From Candidatus Brocadiia bacterium (GTDB taxonomy: Bacteria > Planctomycetota > Brocadiia > SM23-32), in the NCBI GenBank assembly GCA_046538485.1, contig JBKHIT010000069.1:1-21887 (forward strand): a DNA stretch of 21,887 bases. The letters are read 5' to 3'. Shown one piece after another: positions 1-8,333 of this stretch (the first letter of the stretch is position 1; each line of letters begins with the position of its first letter). The position numbers and the translations under genes are program-made. The notes below the pieces were generated by a model, which saw nothing but the letters and a program-made list of their open reading frames with translations, made no database searches and had not been told where the DNA came from.

Positions 1-86
1 ACCAACCACCAGATCGAAAGTGGAAGGATTTTTGTTGCAGATACCTTATGAGAATGAAGTTCATTGGAAGCAGCACGTATGCACAT
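1..86 (-). CDS. possible 5' end of a divergent gene running off the window (MCIRAASNELHSHKVSATKILPLSIWWL...)
   Basis: Minus-strand GGAGGT (96-91) just upstream of GTG(89)/ATG(86); frame stays open to the window edge. No recognisable homology. Confidence 0.3.
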   Translation of the reverse strand, partial: MCIRAASNELHSHKVSATKILPLSIWWL

Positions 87-292
87 CACAACCTCCGAGA
101 ATTGAAGCGGCCGCAGACCCAGTGATCAAGCACCGATATACTCTAACGCTATCGTCATCACCGTTCAATCACCGCCTGATCTCCACTTAATGTGTTCGTT
201 ATCCGGCAAACCCGATATAAACACTAAAATGCGGCGTTTAATCTGTCAGTGCGTATTCATTGCATAATAACAACATCCCCCAATTTTACCCC

Positions 293-321
293 TTGACGCT
301 CGCGAATTCGCGGGGTATCCT
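293..321 (+). promoter_or_regulatory. sigma70-type promoter for the 409..645 gene, with a perfect palindrome in the spacer
   Basis: TTGACG(293-298)-N17-TATCCT(316-321); CGCGAATTCGCG at 301-312. Confidence 0.6.
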
Positions 322-408
322 GCCAGAGGAAAAGGTGTATTTGGCAATTTGTTAGTATTTATTCGTGCCGGTTTATTATTGTCCTGAGCTATTTTGAGGA
401 GTCATGTT

Positions 409-645
409 ATGTCACACATATCAGCCGATCTCGATATGCATGGTCTTTCGGGGCATCGAAAGGATCACGGTGGCTTTCTCGGCTATTTGAGAAATTTGAT
501 TCGAAACAGTCCTTTTCTTTTTGCGAGTCTGGGGATCCACCTGTTTATTCTGATCGTTCTTGCAATCTTAACCGTGGGCAGCATTCACAAAAAGCCCGCT
601 AATGGCATATTTAGCATCCGCCCCTGCGAAATGGAGCTCCCTTAA
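409..645 (+). CDS. 78-aa single-TM membrane protein, paralogous to the N-terminal anchor of the downstream VWA protein
   Basis: GAGGAG (396-401) 7 nt before ATG409; hydrophobic segment NSPFLFASLGIHLFILIVLAILT...KKP closely matches NSPFLCMSLFAHIVVLGILAFFTAKKP of the next ORF. Confidence 0.7.
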   Translation: MSHISADLDMHGLSGHRKDHGGFLGYLRNLIRNSPFLFASLGIHLFILIVLAILTVGSIHKKPANGIFSIRPCEMELP

Positions 646-650
646 AATTC

Positions 651-679
651 TTGACATTTCTCCGGTCCGCCTGTAAACT
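651..679 (+). promoter_or_regulatory. sigma70-type promoter for the VWA gene
   Basis: TTGACA(651-656)-N17-TAAACT(674-679). Confidence 0.65.
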
Positions 680-775
680 GGATTTTGGAGATTCAAAATT
701 GTTTATTCGGTATTTTCTGCAACGTCAAACCAGGCACTTGCCGATAAGATGTTGCGTCCGCAGAGGAGAAACGAT

Positions 776-2710
776 ATGTCGACTGAAACGGATTCCGGTG
801 ATCTGGTTGAAGAAGGAAGTAGCGCCTCAACATTAAACGCTCTCCAAAAAGCGACTGATCCGGTCGCGGAATTTCTTAAAAACAGTCCTTTCCTCTGTAT
901 GAGCTTGTTCGCCCACATCGTTGTTCTCGGAATCCTCGCCTTTTTCACAGCCAAAAAGCCGCCAAATGTCCAGCGAGAAATCAGCCTCTCGCTTGAAGAA
1001 GTCAAGATTGATAAAGTCCAGCACCGGGTCCCGCGAAAAGAAGAAGATTTAACCACGCTTGAAAAAGCGGGCGCGAGCACGAAAGCCGGTGCAGGGGCTT
1101 CGACAGAGAATTACCAAACCGCCAGTGATAGCACTGTAAAAATGGATGTGGCGAACCTGGAAACTATTGGTTTTCAGGCGCCCATTGGAAAAGGCTCTGG
1201 GGGACAGTGGTCCGGACGAGATGGAACGGGCGTGGGGGGACTCGTCACCGGCGACGGAGGCGCGGGCGTGAAAGGCGCTGTTGACCAGTTTGCCGTTATC
1301 ACTATCAACTCCATTCGTCGTGGTGAAACTCTGACTGTTCTGGCAATAGACCGCTCTCCGAGCATTCTCTACGGCGATCTCCCACGCGTCATCGAACGTA
1401 TGAACCACTATTTCAGTGAAATCGACAAGTATCTGCCGAAAAGTATGCGGGCGCGTGGCCGCTGGGTGGTGATGAGCTATGGGGCCAAACCTCAATTCGA
1501 GTGCAAGCCCTCAAGCAACCTCCACTATATCAAAAACGCGCTGAAAAACGTTCAATCAGACCCAACGGGACAGGAGAATCTTGGTAAAGCAATCGAGATG
1601 TTGCTGAACCGTTATGAAAGTAGTTCATTCAAAAATATCCTCATAGCAACGATGACCGACGAAGCCAGCGAGGATCTCCTGAACAAACCGAAAAATCTTG
1701 AGCGTTTGATTCATCGTATGCGCCGGGCAAAGGCACGATTCTTCGTGTTCGGATATGAGAGCACCTTTTGCGCTCAGAAAAAGCGCGTGTCCATCCCCAT
1801 CACAAATATGCGAGGTAAAGATCTGGCTCAATGGAAAGCATATGCTCAGGCCACCGATAAAAAAATCGAAGATATCAAACTCGACGGATGGACTGATGGG
1901 GGTCCGGAATGCCCGGCTCCTGAGCTGTGGTGGACGAAAAGTTGGCATCAATGGCGCCACTGGGGCGGAAGTATCAGTAATATCCCCTCGGGGTTTGGAA
2001 TGTACACTCTGAACCGCCTGGCATTGGCCACAAATGGGATTTATTTCCTGTTGAAAAGCGAATCAAACTACGATCAGAAAAAGCTTTACGGAAAATTCAA
2101 GCCCGACATCTGTTCCGTCCCGCGTTACCAAAACCGCATGAAACAAAGCCATTTGCGCCGCCTTCTCCATGCCATATGGCTGGAATTGAGCAAATATCAT
2201 CTGGATCATCACCTCGACAACCCCAAAGAAGTTGCCAAAGTGATGAAAACGGCACGCCAAGGGCGGGATTATTGTGCGCACCGAATTCGCACGCTACGGG
2301 ACACGCTCAACAATGCCAAACCGGTCGCGAACAACTTTGGGCGATGGGAAGCCCACGCAATGGTGACGCTGGCAGAACTCTATAGAATGCGCTTTATGCT
2401 GGGGCAGTACTATGAAGCGGTATCTGCCAAATGGGATGAAGTTGGCCACACTCTCCAGGGCCGTCAGCGTCTGGTCGTCCGTAAAGGCAAAGCCCCCAGC
2501 GATTTCGTGGGACCCGAGCGGGCAAAACAGGAATTTGAAACGGCACGGGATAATATCCAGTTCGTCACTGAAAAATATAAAGATACACCGTGGGAAATAA
2601 TTTCTAAACGCCTGCGCCGCGGTCTTCACCCATGGCGTTGTTCGGTCGGCAAAAAACCAAAGCATCGCCCTCGCAAACACCGCGCCCATCCGCCCAAAAT
2701 GGGCCTCTAA
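776..2710 (+). CDS. membrane-anchored von Willebrand factor A (VWA) domain protein, 644 aa
   Basis: GAGGAG(763-768) favours ATG776 over 749. N-terminal TM, Gly-rich linker, MIDAS-like LAIDRSPS and later TMTDE, helical C-terminal region, basic Pro-rich tail. Confidence 0.85.
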   Translation: MSTETDSGDLVEEGSSASTLNALQKATDPVAEFLKNSPFLCMSLFAHIVVLGILAFFTAKKPPNVQREISLSLEEVKIDKVQHRVPRKEEDLTTLEKAGASTKAGAGASTENYQTASDSTVKMDVANLETIGFQAPIGKGSGGQWSGRDGTGVGGLVTGDGGAGVKGAVDQFAVITINSIRRGETLTVLAIDRSPSILYGDLPRVIERMNHYFSEIDKYLPKSMRARGRWVVMSYGAKPQFECKPSSNLHYIKNALKNVQSDPTGQENLGKAIEMLLNRYESSSFKNILIATMTDEASEDLLNKPKNLERLIHRMRRAKARFFVFGYESTFCAQKKRVSIPITNMRGKDLAQWKAYAQATDKKIEDIKLDGWTDGGPECPAPELWWTKSWHQWRHWGGSISNIPSGFGMYTLNRLALATNGIYFLLKSESNYDQKKLYGKFKPDICSVPRYQNRMKQSHLRRLLHAIWLELSKYHLDHHLDNPKEVAKVMKTARQGRDYCAHRIRTLRDTLNNAKPVANNFGRWEAHAMVTLAELYRMRFMLGQYYEAVSAKWDEVGHTLQGRQRLVVRKGKAPSDFVGPERAKQEFETARDNIQFVTEKYKDTPWEIISKRLRRGLHPWRCSVGKKPKHRPRKHRAHPPKMGL

Positions 2711-2801
2711 CAAAAGCCGTATCTTCAGCTCTGTTCACAGATAAGCTCCGCACCTGTGCTGCTACCAATCTTACATAGTAAAGCTTACAGGATAGGACAC
2801 C

Positions 2802-3101
2802 GTGTCAGAACCCACAGGAAACGTCCCTGAAAGTCGAGCTGAACTTTTCGTCAGTGGCCGAGTGCAGGGCGTGTTTTTCCGCAGCAGCACCCGTAAAGTG
2901 GCACAGGCCAAGGGGCTTGAAGGTTATGTTCGCAACCTGGCCGATGGCAGAGTGCAGGCCGTGTTCGAAGGCCCTGAAAATGACGTTAGAGATGCGATAC
3001 AATGGTGTCGTAAAGGCCCTCGCCGCGCCAGAGTGAAATCTGTGGATGTGGATTGGCAGGAACCAACCGGGGAATTCAGTGGTTTTTCCGTGCGCTATTG
3101 A
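2802..3101 (+). CDS. acyP: acylphosphatase
   Basis: Signature VSGRVQGVFFR and GYVRNLADGRV; 99 aa; GTG start. Confidence 0.95.
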   Translation: MSEPTGNVPESRAELFVSGRVQGVFFRSSTRKVAQAKGLEGYVRNLADGRVQAVFEGPENDVRDAIQWCRKGPRRARVKSVDVDWQEPTGEFSGFSVRY

Positions 3102-3193
3102 TAGGACCTCGCTCTTTAATGACAAAAAGCGGGAATCTCGAACGTCTTTGCATCCAGAACTAAACGTCCGGTTTGCAAATGTAACAATGCGAA

Positions 3194-4081
3194 ATGAATT
3201 CTGATAAAAAAGCCTGCTATGTGGCACTTACGGTCGATGTGGATCCCGATGCCAATTCCCCTGTTGGGGGGCGGCCCGACGCTATCAGTCGCGGTCAATC
3301 CGGCCGCGTAAAAACCAGGGCATCTCGAGAAGGTCTAAGAATCATACGGAACATTTGCCACGAACTTAGCATCCCTGTCTGTCTATTTTGGGAAGCGAGA
3401 ACTCTGCGTCTTTTCAATAAACTTACCCCCGCTCTCCTGGAAGACGTATTGAGTGAAAACGACTGGGAACACGCACTTCACGGGTTTCGACACGAAGATT
3501 TCGCGGGGGAAGTCTCCGGGCAGCCATTGGGATCCGATGAAACATTCCGTATCCTGCATAAGGCAACTGATATCGTAACTTCTCTCACAAAACGTAATAT
3601 CAGTGCTTTCCGCGCTCCGTATTGTCGCCTGACCGAACCAGTCAAGAACGCGCTGATAAAACTCGGTTTTGCATACGACGCATCTCTCACCCAAACGCTG
3701 GGTACGGACAGCAAACTGAAACCGCTTTGCCTTGCCACGCGAGATTCTGCCCCCCTCTTCGAGTTGCCACTTTGCAGGGGCACCGACCAATCGGGGCATC
3801 CGATCAGCTGCTACCTCTGGCAATTATTCGAAGGGAATCGCCAGCCTGACGACTATATGTACCTGGTCGAAGAGACCCTCCGCCTGTGTCCTGGTGGTTT
3901 GCTGCAAATCGCCCTTCATCCCTGGCACCTGAAAGTAAATTCAAAAGGGGAGCCGACAGGAAAAGAAGATTCTCCATTTGCGACCATTTTTCAGCAACTT
4001 CTCGAAGGAATCAAAGGGCTTTCGACGGTAAGATTTACCACGCCGGGCAAGTTTCTCCATCGCTGGCACCAAACCATGTAA
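3194..4081 (+). CDS. polysaccharide deacetylase (CE4/NodB-like family)
   Basis: Motifs LTVDVD, HALHGFRHE, FRAPY, YDAS, LHPW. Confidence 0.8.
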   Translation: MNSDKKACYVALTVDVDPDANSPVGGRPDAISRGQSGRVKTRASREGLRIIRNICHELSIPVCLFWEARTLRLFNKLTPALLEDVLSENDWEHALHGFRHEDFAGEVSGQPLGSDETFRILHKATDIVTSLTKRNISAFRAPYCRLTEPVKNALIKLGFAYDASLTQTLGTDSKLKPLCLATRDSAPLFELPLCRGTDQSGHPISCYLWQLFEGNRQPDDYMYLVEETLRLCPGGLLQIALHPWHLKVNSKGEPTGKEDSPFATIFQQLLEGIKGLSTVRFTTPGKFLHRWHQTM

Positions 4082-4206
4082 ACGCTTTTGCAAGAAGCTT
4101 TTACAGTAACAACATCGCCCGGTACGCCCCTTGGTTCCCGGAGCGAATAGCAAGTCAAAAAGCGTAACAGTAGCCTACTGCCTGCCGCTCCAAAAGTCGA
4201 GCTAAT

Positions 4207-4235
4207 TTGACGAAATGAAATCGGCCAAATATAAT
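4207..4235 (+). promoter_or_regulatory. near-consensus sigma70 promoter
   Basis: TTGACG(4207-4212)-N17-TATAAT(4230-4235). Confidence 0.75.
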
Positions 4236-4281
4236 ATTATGAACTGGATAGGCTATAGACGATCAGGAAAGAAACCCGCAA

Positions 4282-4731
4282 ATGAGCAACGCTGCGCGCA
4301 ATATAGCTCGGAAACTCTCTAAGATCCAGCATCGTCTCCGATCTGATCTCCTTGATGAGCTCAAAGATCACGAGGGAGAACTCGAAACGATTTTCGACCC
4401 TTACTCGTTTTCCCCGGTCACACAAGAACTCAAGGAAAAATACCTTAATCGCCTTTACATTATCCAAGCCCTCGTCCAGCAGCTGGCCCATCACAACCAG
4501 GGCCGCAAACAGCCGCCGGTTAAAGTCCTGAGCGTGCGGGCCGAAAAAAGCGAAGAGCTGGTCAGCCTTGTCAATAAAAAACTTGCCCGGCTCAATGGTG
4601 CTAAAGTTATGGATGTGGAATTCCTGCAGAACAAACAAGAAGATCAGGATGACGACAGCTGGGTAGCAGTAATCACATATAAGGCAAATCCTTTCCTGGA
4701 ATCTCAGGGCGAAACGGCAGCTTTTATGTAA
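4282..4731 (+). CDS. hypothetical protein, 149 aa; C-terminal half resembles the Cse60/DUF2758 small alpha/beta domain
   Basis: Own strong promoter; helical N-half; C-half VKVL..EEL...VN..L....VMDVEF....acidic..W.AVITYK pattern. Family resemblance judged by eye only. Confidence 0.7.
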   Translation: MSNAARNIARKLSKIQHRLRSDLLDELKDHEGELETIFDPYSFSPVTQELKEKYLNRLYIIQALVQQLAHHNQGRKQPPVKVLSVRAEKSEELVSLVNKKLARLNGAKVMDVEFLQNKQEDQDDDSWVAVITYKANPFLESQGETAAFM

Positions 4732-4744
4732 ATCCTTTTCCCGC

Positions 4745-4773
4745 TTGTTCTATTCCCCGCCCTTGTCTATACT
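4745..4773 (+). promoter_or_regulatory. sigma70-type promoter for the isomerase gene
   Basis: TTGTTC(4745-4750)-N17-TATACT(4768-4773). Confidence 0.45.
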
Positions 4774-4824
4774 GCTCCTTGTCGACTGGAAAGCGGCGAT
4801 TTTTTCATCGGAAGGAGAGGTAAA

Positions 4825-5601
4825 ATGAAGCTCGGGTTGGTTACGTACAATCTTGCCAAAGACTGGGATATTGACACTATTATCGAGATGTGCACAGAGC
4901 ACGGATTCTCGGGCGTTGAACCACGCACCACACATGCTCATGGGGTTGAAGTCGATTTGTCCGCCGAAGAGCGGGAAGCAGTCCGCAAAAAGTTCGAAGC
5001 CAGTTCTGTCCAGCTCGCCGGTCTGGGTAGCGCGTTCGAATACCACAGCCCGGATCCGGAAGAACTAAAACGGAATATCGAAGGAACAAAAGAGTACGCT
5101 CAGCTCGCTGCCGATGTCGGTGCCCCAGGGATCAAGGTCAGACCCAACGCACTCCCCGAAGAAGTACCCGAAGCCGAAACCTTAAAGCAAATTGGCCAAT
5201 CTCTCGCCGAATGCGCAGAATACGCCGACGGCCTCGGCATTGAAGTCCGTCTCGAGGTCCACGGGCACGATACAGCCAACCCCACGCGGATCCGCCGAAT
5301 CCTCGACCATGCCGGTCACTCGAACCTTTACGCTTGCTGGAACTCGAATGCCGGTGAAGTCGTCAACGGCAGCGTCCGAGATAACTTTGAACTGTTATCC
5401 GATTCCATCGGGCTTGTGCATATGCGGGATTTATGCACGGATGATTATCCGTGGCTCGAGCTTCTGGGTCTGCTGCGCACTATTGACTACTCAGGATATT
5501 GCCTGGCCGAAATCCCCGAAAGCGATCAACCTGGACGCATTATGGATTATTACAGATCTCTCTGGGATGCCTATCACAGAATCCTCGACCTGGAAGCTTG
5601 A
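4825..5601 (+). CDS. sugar phosphate isomerase/epimerase (xylose isomerase-like / AP endonuclease 2 TIM barrel)
   Basis: GFSGVE, RLEVHG, LVHMRD, YSGYCLAE motifs; AGGAGAGG ribosome-binding site. Confidence 0.88.
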   Translation: MKLGLVTYNLAKDWDIDTIIEMCTEHGFSGVEPRTTHAHGVEVDLSAEEREAVRKKFEASSVQLAGLGSAFEYHSPDPEELKRNIEGTKEYAQLAADVGAPGIKVRPNALPEEVPEAETLKQIGQSLAECAEYADGLGIEVRLEVHGHDTANPTRIRRILDHAGHSNLYACWNSNAGEVVNGSVRDNFELLSDSIGLVHMRDLCTDDYPWLELLGLLRTIDYSGYCLAEIPESDQPGRIMDYYRSLWDAYHRILDLEA

Positions 5602-5611
5602 GGCAACACTG

Positions 5612-6439
5612 TCAATGTCCAGGCTTTGTCCCCATTACTTTTCCTAACGCCTGTTGCCAGTCTTTGCCTATATTCTCTCGTAGTAGAGAAAGCCCGAACG
5701 GGGTGCCCTGGTAGAGAACTTCCCCATCTGGTCGCACCCACGCTTCCCATATATGAGTGCCCATCTTCATGTCGAGCCGATGCAGTTGATACTGTTCCCC
5801 ATCAACCGTCACGTTTTTGATTTTTGCATGGCGTATCTTCACTGATTTTACCGAGCCCAACAGCGGATTGACGACATGTATCGTCCAGACACGTCCCTCA
5901 TCAACACGTCCCAAATCAGGCAAACCTGCCAGTGGCGAGAAAGTCTGACTTAAAATGGGTTCACTTTCAAAAGGCACTTTCGAATGAATTTTCTGCCCGG
6001 CGACGTTCCCGTCGAGCTTTAAAACATCTTCCTGGCGGCGACCCAGCAGGCTGGTTCCGAGACTTTTTGAGGTCAGGCTGATTGTCCTCAAACCAGTTAA
6101 AGGGGAGATTGTGGCCCGGAAATTGACATCGACAGTTTTGCCCCCGGGGATGACAATTTTCTTCAGATCCCCCAGTTCCAGTTGGGTCAGACTCTCCACG
6201 GTGATCGTCCCGGATTCGGTCTTCTTAAATTCCGTTACCGTCTTTCCCCGCCGCTCACCTGACATGTAGATGCCCATAACAGTCTTTCGTTTTGTCTGTC
6301 CTTCCGGCAGAAGAGATTCATAATCCGGCTTAAGCGTAGTTCCTGTTTCTGTCGGGATATGTTCTCGCAAATACAGACCCCACATCAAAGCAAAAAAACA
6401 CGCCACCAGCAGTATTAGAGCATCCCTCACCGTTTTCAT
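5612..6439 (-). CDS. hypothetical N-terminally anchored exported protein, 275 aa, beta-rich
   Basis: N-terminal hydrophobic helix (LILLVACFFALMWGLYL); MGIYMSGERRG motif; last gene of the minus-strand run. Confidence 0.7.
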   Translation of the reverse strand: MKTVRDALILLVACFFALMWGLYLREHIPTETGTTLKPDYESLLPEGQTKRKTVMGIYMSGERRGKTVTEFKKTESGTITVESLTQLELGDLKKIVIPGGKTVDVNFRATISPLTGLRTISLTSKSLGTSLLGRRQEDVLKLDGNVAGQKIHSKVPFESEPILSQTFSPLAGLPDLGRVDEGRVWTIHVVNPLLGSVKSVKIRHAKIKNVTVDGEQYQLHRLDMKMGTHIWEAWVRPDGEVLYQGTPFGLSLLRENIGKDWQQALGKVMGTKPGH

Positions 6440-6504
6440 AGCCGGCCAACCTGTTCTGGTTGTTTCCTAATTCACCCACGAGTTAAAAGCCGATAAACGG
6501 ACGT

Positions 6505-7008
6505 TCAGTCGTCATCAAAAAAATTTACCCAAAAACTTACTTCTTCATCAGGGACGCCGGTGTATTTTTCGCCGGGTTCGTCAAAACTGGTATCGTTATG
6601 ACCGCCGGTGGTTTCAGCCACGCGATCTGCAAATGTTTTTGGCGTAAGGACACGGGCATCGCTTTTTTGCAGTGCAGAACACAGGCGCTCATCTGCTGTC
6701 ACAACCTGAACCTCCTGCTGTTGGGCCAGCCGGTTCGCGGGACCGGCAATCTGCTTTTGCACCTCTTCATCTGCGTTCAGATTCCGCACCTGCACTCGCC
6801 CCACGGTCTCGAAAGGCGTCACAATTTCCACTGTCTCATTCTCCCCAAACACCAGCTCTAACTCGCAATTCTGATATTCAGCATATCGAGCAAGCCACCT
6901 GGCGATCTTCTTACGGCTCCTCAGGGGATCCTGCTCAACAATAAGTGCCGGCCTGAGTTCCCTCAAAGTTGCCAGCAACCCATTTCCGTCGATAAAAATC
7001 TTCATCAT
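6505..7008 (-). CDS. YacP/Rae1-like NYN (PIN-fold) domain protein, putative RNase
   Basis: IFIDGNGLL, ADEEV, VVTADERL motifs; ATGA overlap with pyrC stop. Confidence 0.75.
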   Translation of the reverse strand: MMKIFIDGNGLLATLRELRPALIVEQDPLRSRKKIARWLARYAEYQNCELELVFGENETVEIVTPFETVGRVQVRNLNADEEVQKQIAGPANRLAQQQEVQVVTADERLCSALQKSDARVLTPKTFADRVAETTGGHNDTSFDEPGEKYTGVPDEEVSFWVNFFDDD

Positions 7009-8333
7009 TCTGCACCTGAGACCGGTGAAAATCGACCGCGAAGTTCATCCGACGCATATACAAGCTGCCCACCGACAAACGTTCCGACCGCTTTACCGCA
7101 CAGTTGCCAACCTTCGAAAGGCGTATTTCGGGACCGCGAAACAAATTCCTCCGGATTCACCGTCCATTCCTGTTCGGGATCGATCAAAGTCAGGTCCGCA
7201 GCCTGGCCGGGAGAGATGGTTCCACCAGGAAGCCCGAATACACGGGCCGGGCCACTGCTCAGGAGCCGCGCGGCATCCATCGGAGAAAGTTTTCCCCCGT
7301 GGATAAATTTCGTCAGGATGACACCAAGAGTCGTTTCCACACCGATAAGCCCGCAAGCGCCCTGTTTCTTATCCTCTTCGGTATGCGGAGCATGATCACA
7401 TGCAATAGCAGCTACTTCGCTTTCCCCAAGCGCCTCCTGGAGACAAGATCGATCCTGAGAACTTCTCAATGGTGGATTAACTTTCGGAACTTCTTGATTT
7501 CTATAGTCTTCCTGCGCGAGAACCAGGTGATGCGGGGTCAACTCGTAACTCACCCGGGCGGATTTTGAAGCCGCGCGGAATTCTGTGATCGTTTCAATGG
7601 TTCTCGCCAAACTGATGTGTGAAAAATGAATCGGGCATTTCCATTTTGCTGCAATTTGCTGGTCGCGACGAACGTAATTGGTTTCGTTCGCGTATGGTTC
7701 AACAGGTTCGAATCCCGGATCGACCCCATCTTCATAATCACGCAACGCACGCTCGGAATCTTCTGGGTGCGGACTCAGAACCAGCCCCGTTTTAGCAGCC
7801 CGGCGTGCGACTTCATTCATAACATCCGGTCTGGTAACAGGATCCCCATCATCGCTGAGTGCAACCACTGAACTTTCCCGGGCCAATGCCGGAATATCCG
7901 TTACAGATAATCCCTGCCTGCCTTGTGTCATAGCCGCCTTGAAATACAGTCTGACCGGACAGTCTCTTTCTGCTTTGACGGACAATTCACGGATCAAACC
8001 AGGCGAATCGAGCGCCGGAACCGTATTGGGTTCACAGACAACGCAGCAGTACCCGCCACGGGCCGCCGCATGCGCTCCTGACTCAAGCGTTTCTTTTTCT
8101 GTGAAACCTGGTTCGCGAAAATGCGCGTGAATCTCAACAAGCCCCGGGAACAACCAAAGACCTTCCCCATCGATTGTGATAGTGTTACTGTCAGCATCGC
8201 CCCCTTCCGTAATGCTCTGGATTTGCCCCTTTTGCACCAGAGCATCCGTTGTCCGATCGATATCCTGAGTGGGATCAACTAAACGCACCCGTCGGATAAG
8301 CCAGTTCTGGACTCCAGAGGCGGTTTCCTTCAC
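7005..8333 (-). CDS. pyrC: dihydroorotase (type I)
   Basis: HAHFREPG, EPNT, SDDG, HPED, HFSHIS, TPHHL, KVNPPLRS, DHAPH, SRNTPF. GTG8333 overlaps the upstream kinase stop (ATGTGA) and follows AAGGGG. Confidence 0.9.
   Translation of the reverse strand: MKETASGVQNWLIRRVRLVDPTQDIDRTTDALVQKGQIQSITEGGDADSNTITIDGEGLWLFPGLVEIHAHFREPGFTEKETLESGAHAAARGGYCCVVCEPNTVPALDSPGLIRELSVKAERDCPVRLYFKAAMTQGRQGLSVTDIPALARESSVVALSDDGDPVTRPDVMNEVARRAAKTGLVLSPHPEDSERALRDYEDGVDPGFEPVEPYANETNYVRRDQQIAAKWKCPIHFSHISLARTIETITEFRAASKSARVSYELTPHHLVLAQEDYRNQEVPKVNPPLRSSQDRSCLQEALGESEVAAIACDHAPHTEEDKKQGACGLIGVETTLGVILTKFIHGGKLSPMDAARLLSSGPARVFGLPGGTISPGQAADLTLIDPEQEWTVNPEEFVSRSRNTPFEGWQLCGKAVGTFVGGQLVYASDELRGRFSPVSGAE

Noticed and set aside
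2791..3107. 8-bp direct repeat GATAGGAC flanking acyP (2791-2798, 3100-3107) as a target-site duplication
   Set aside because: Short, overlaps RBS/stop sequence, no transposase or terminal inverted repeats; compatible with chance.
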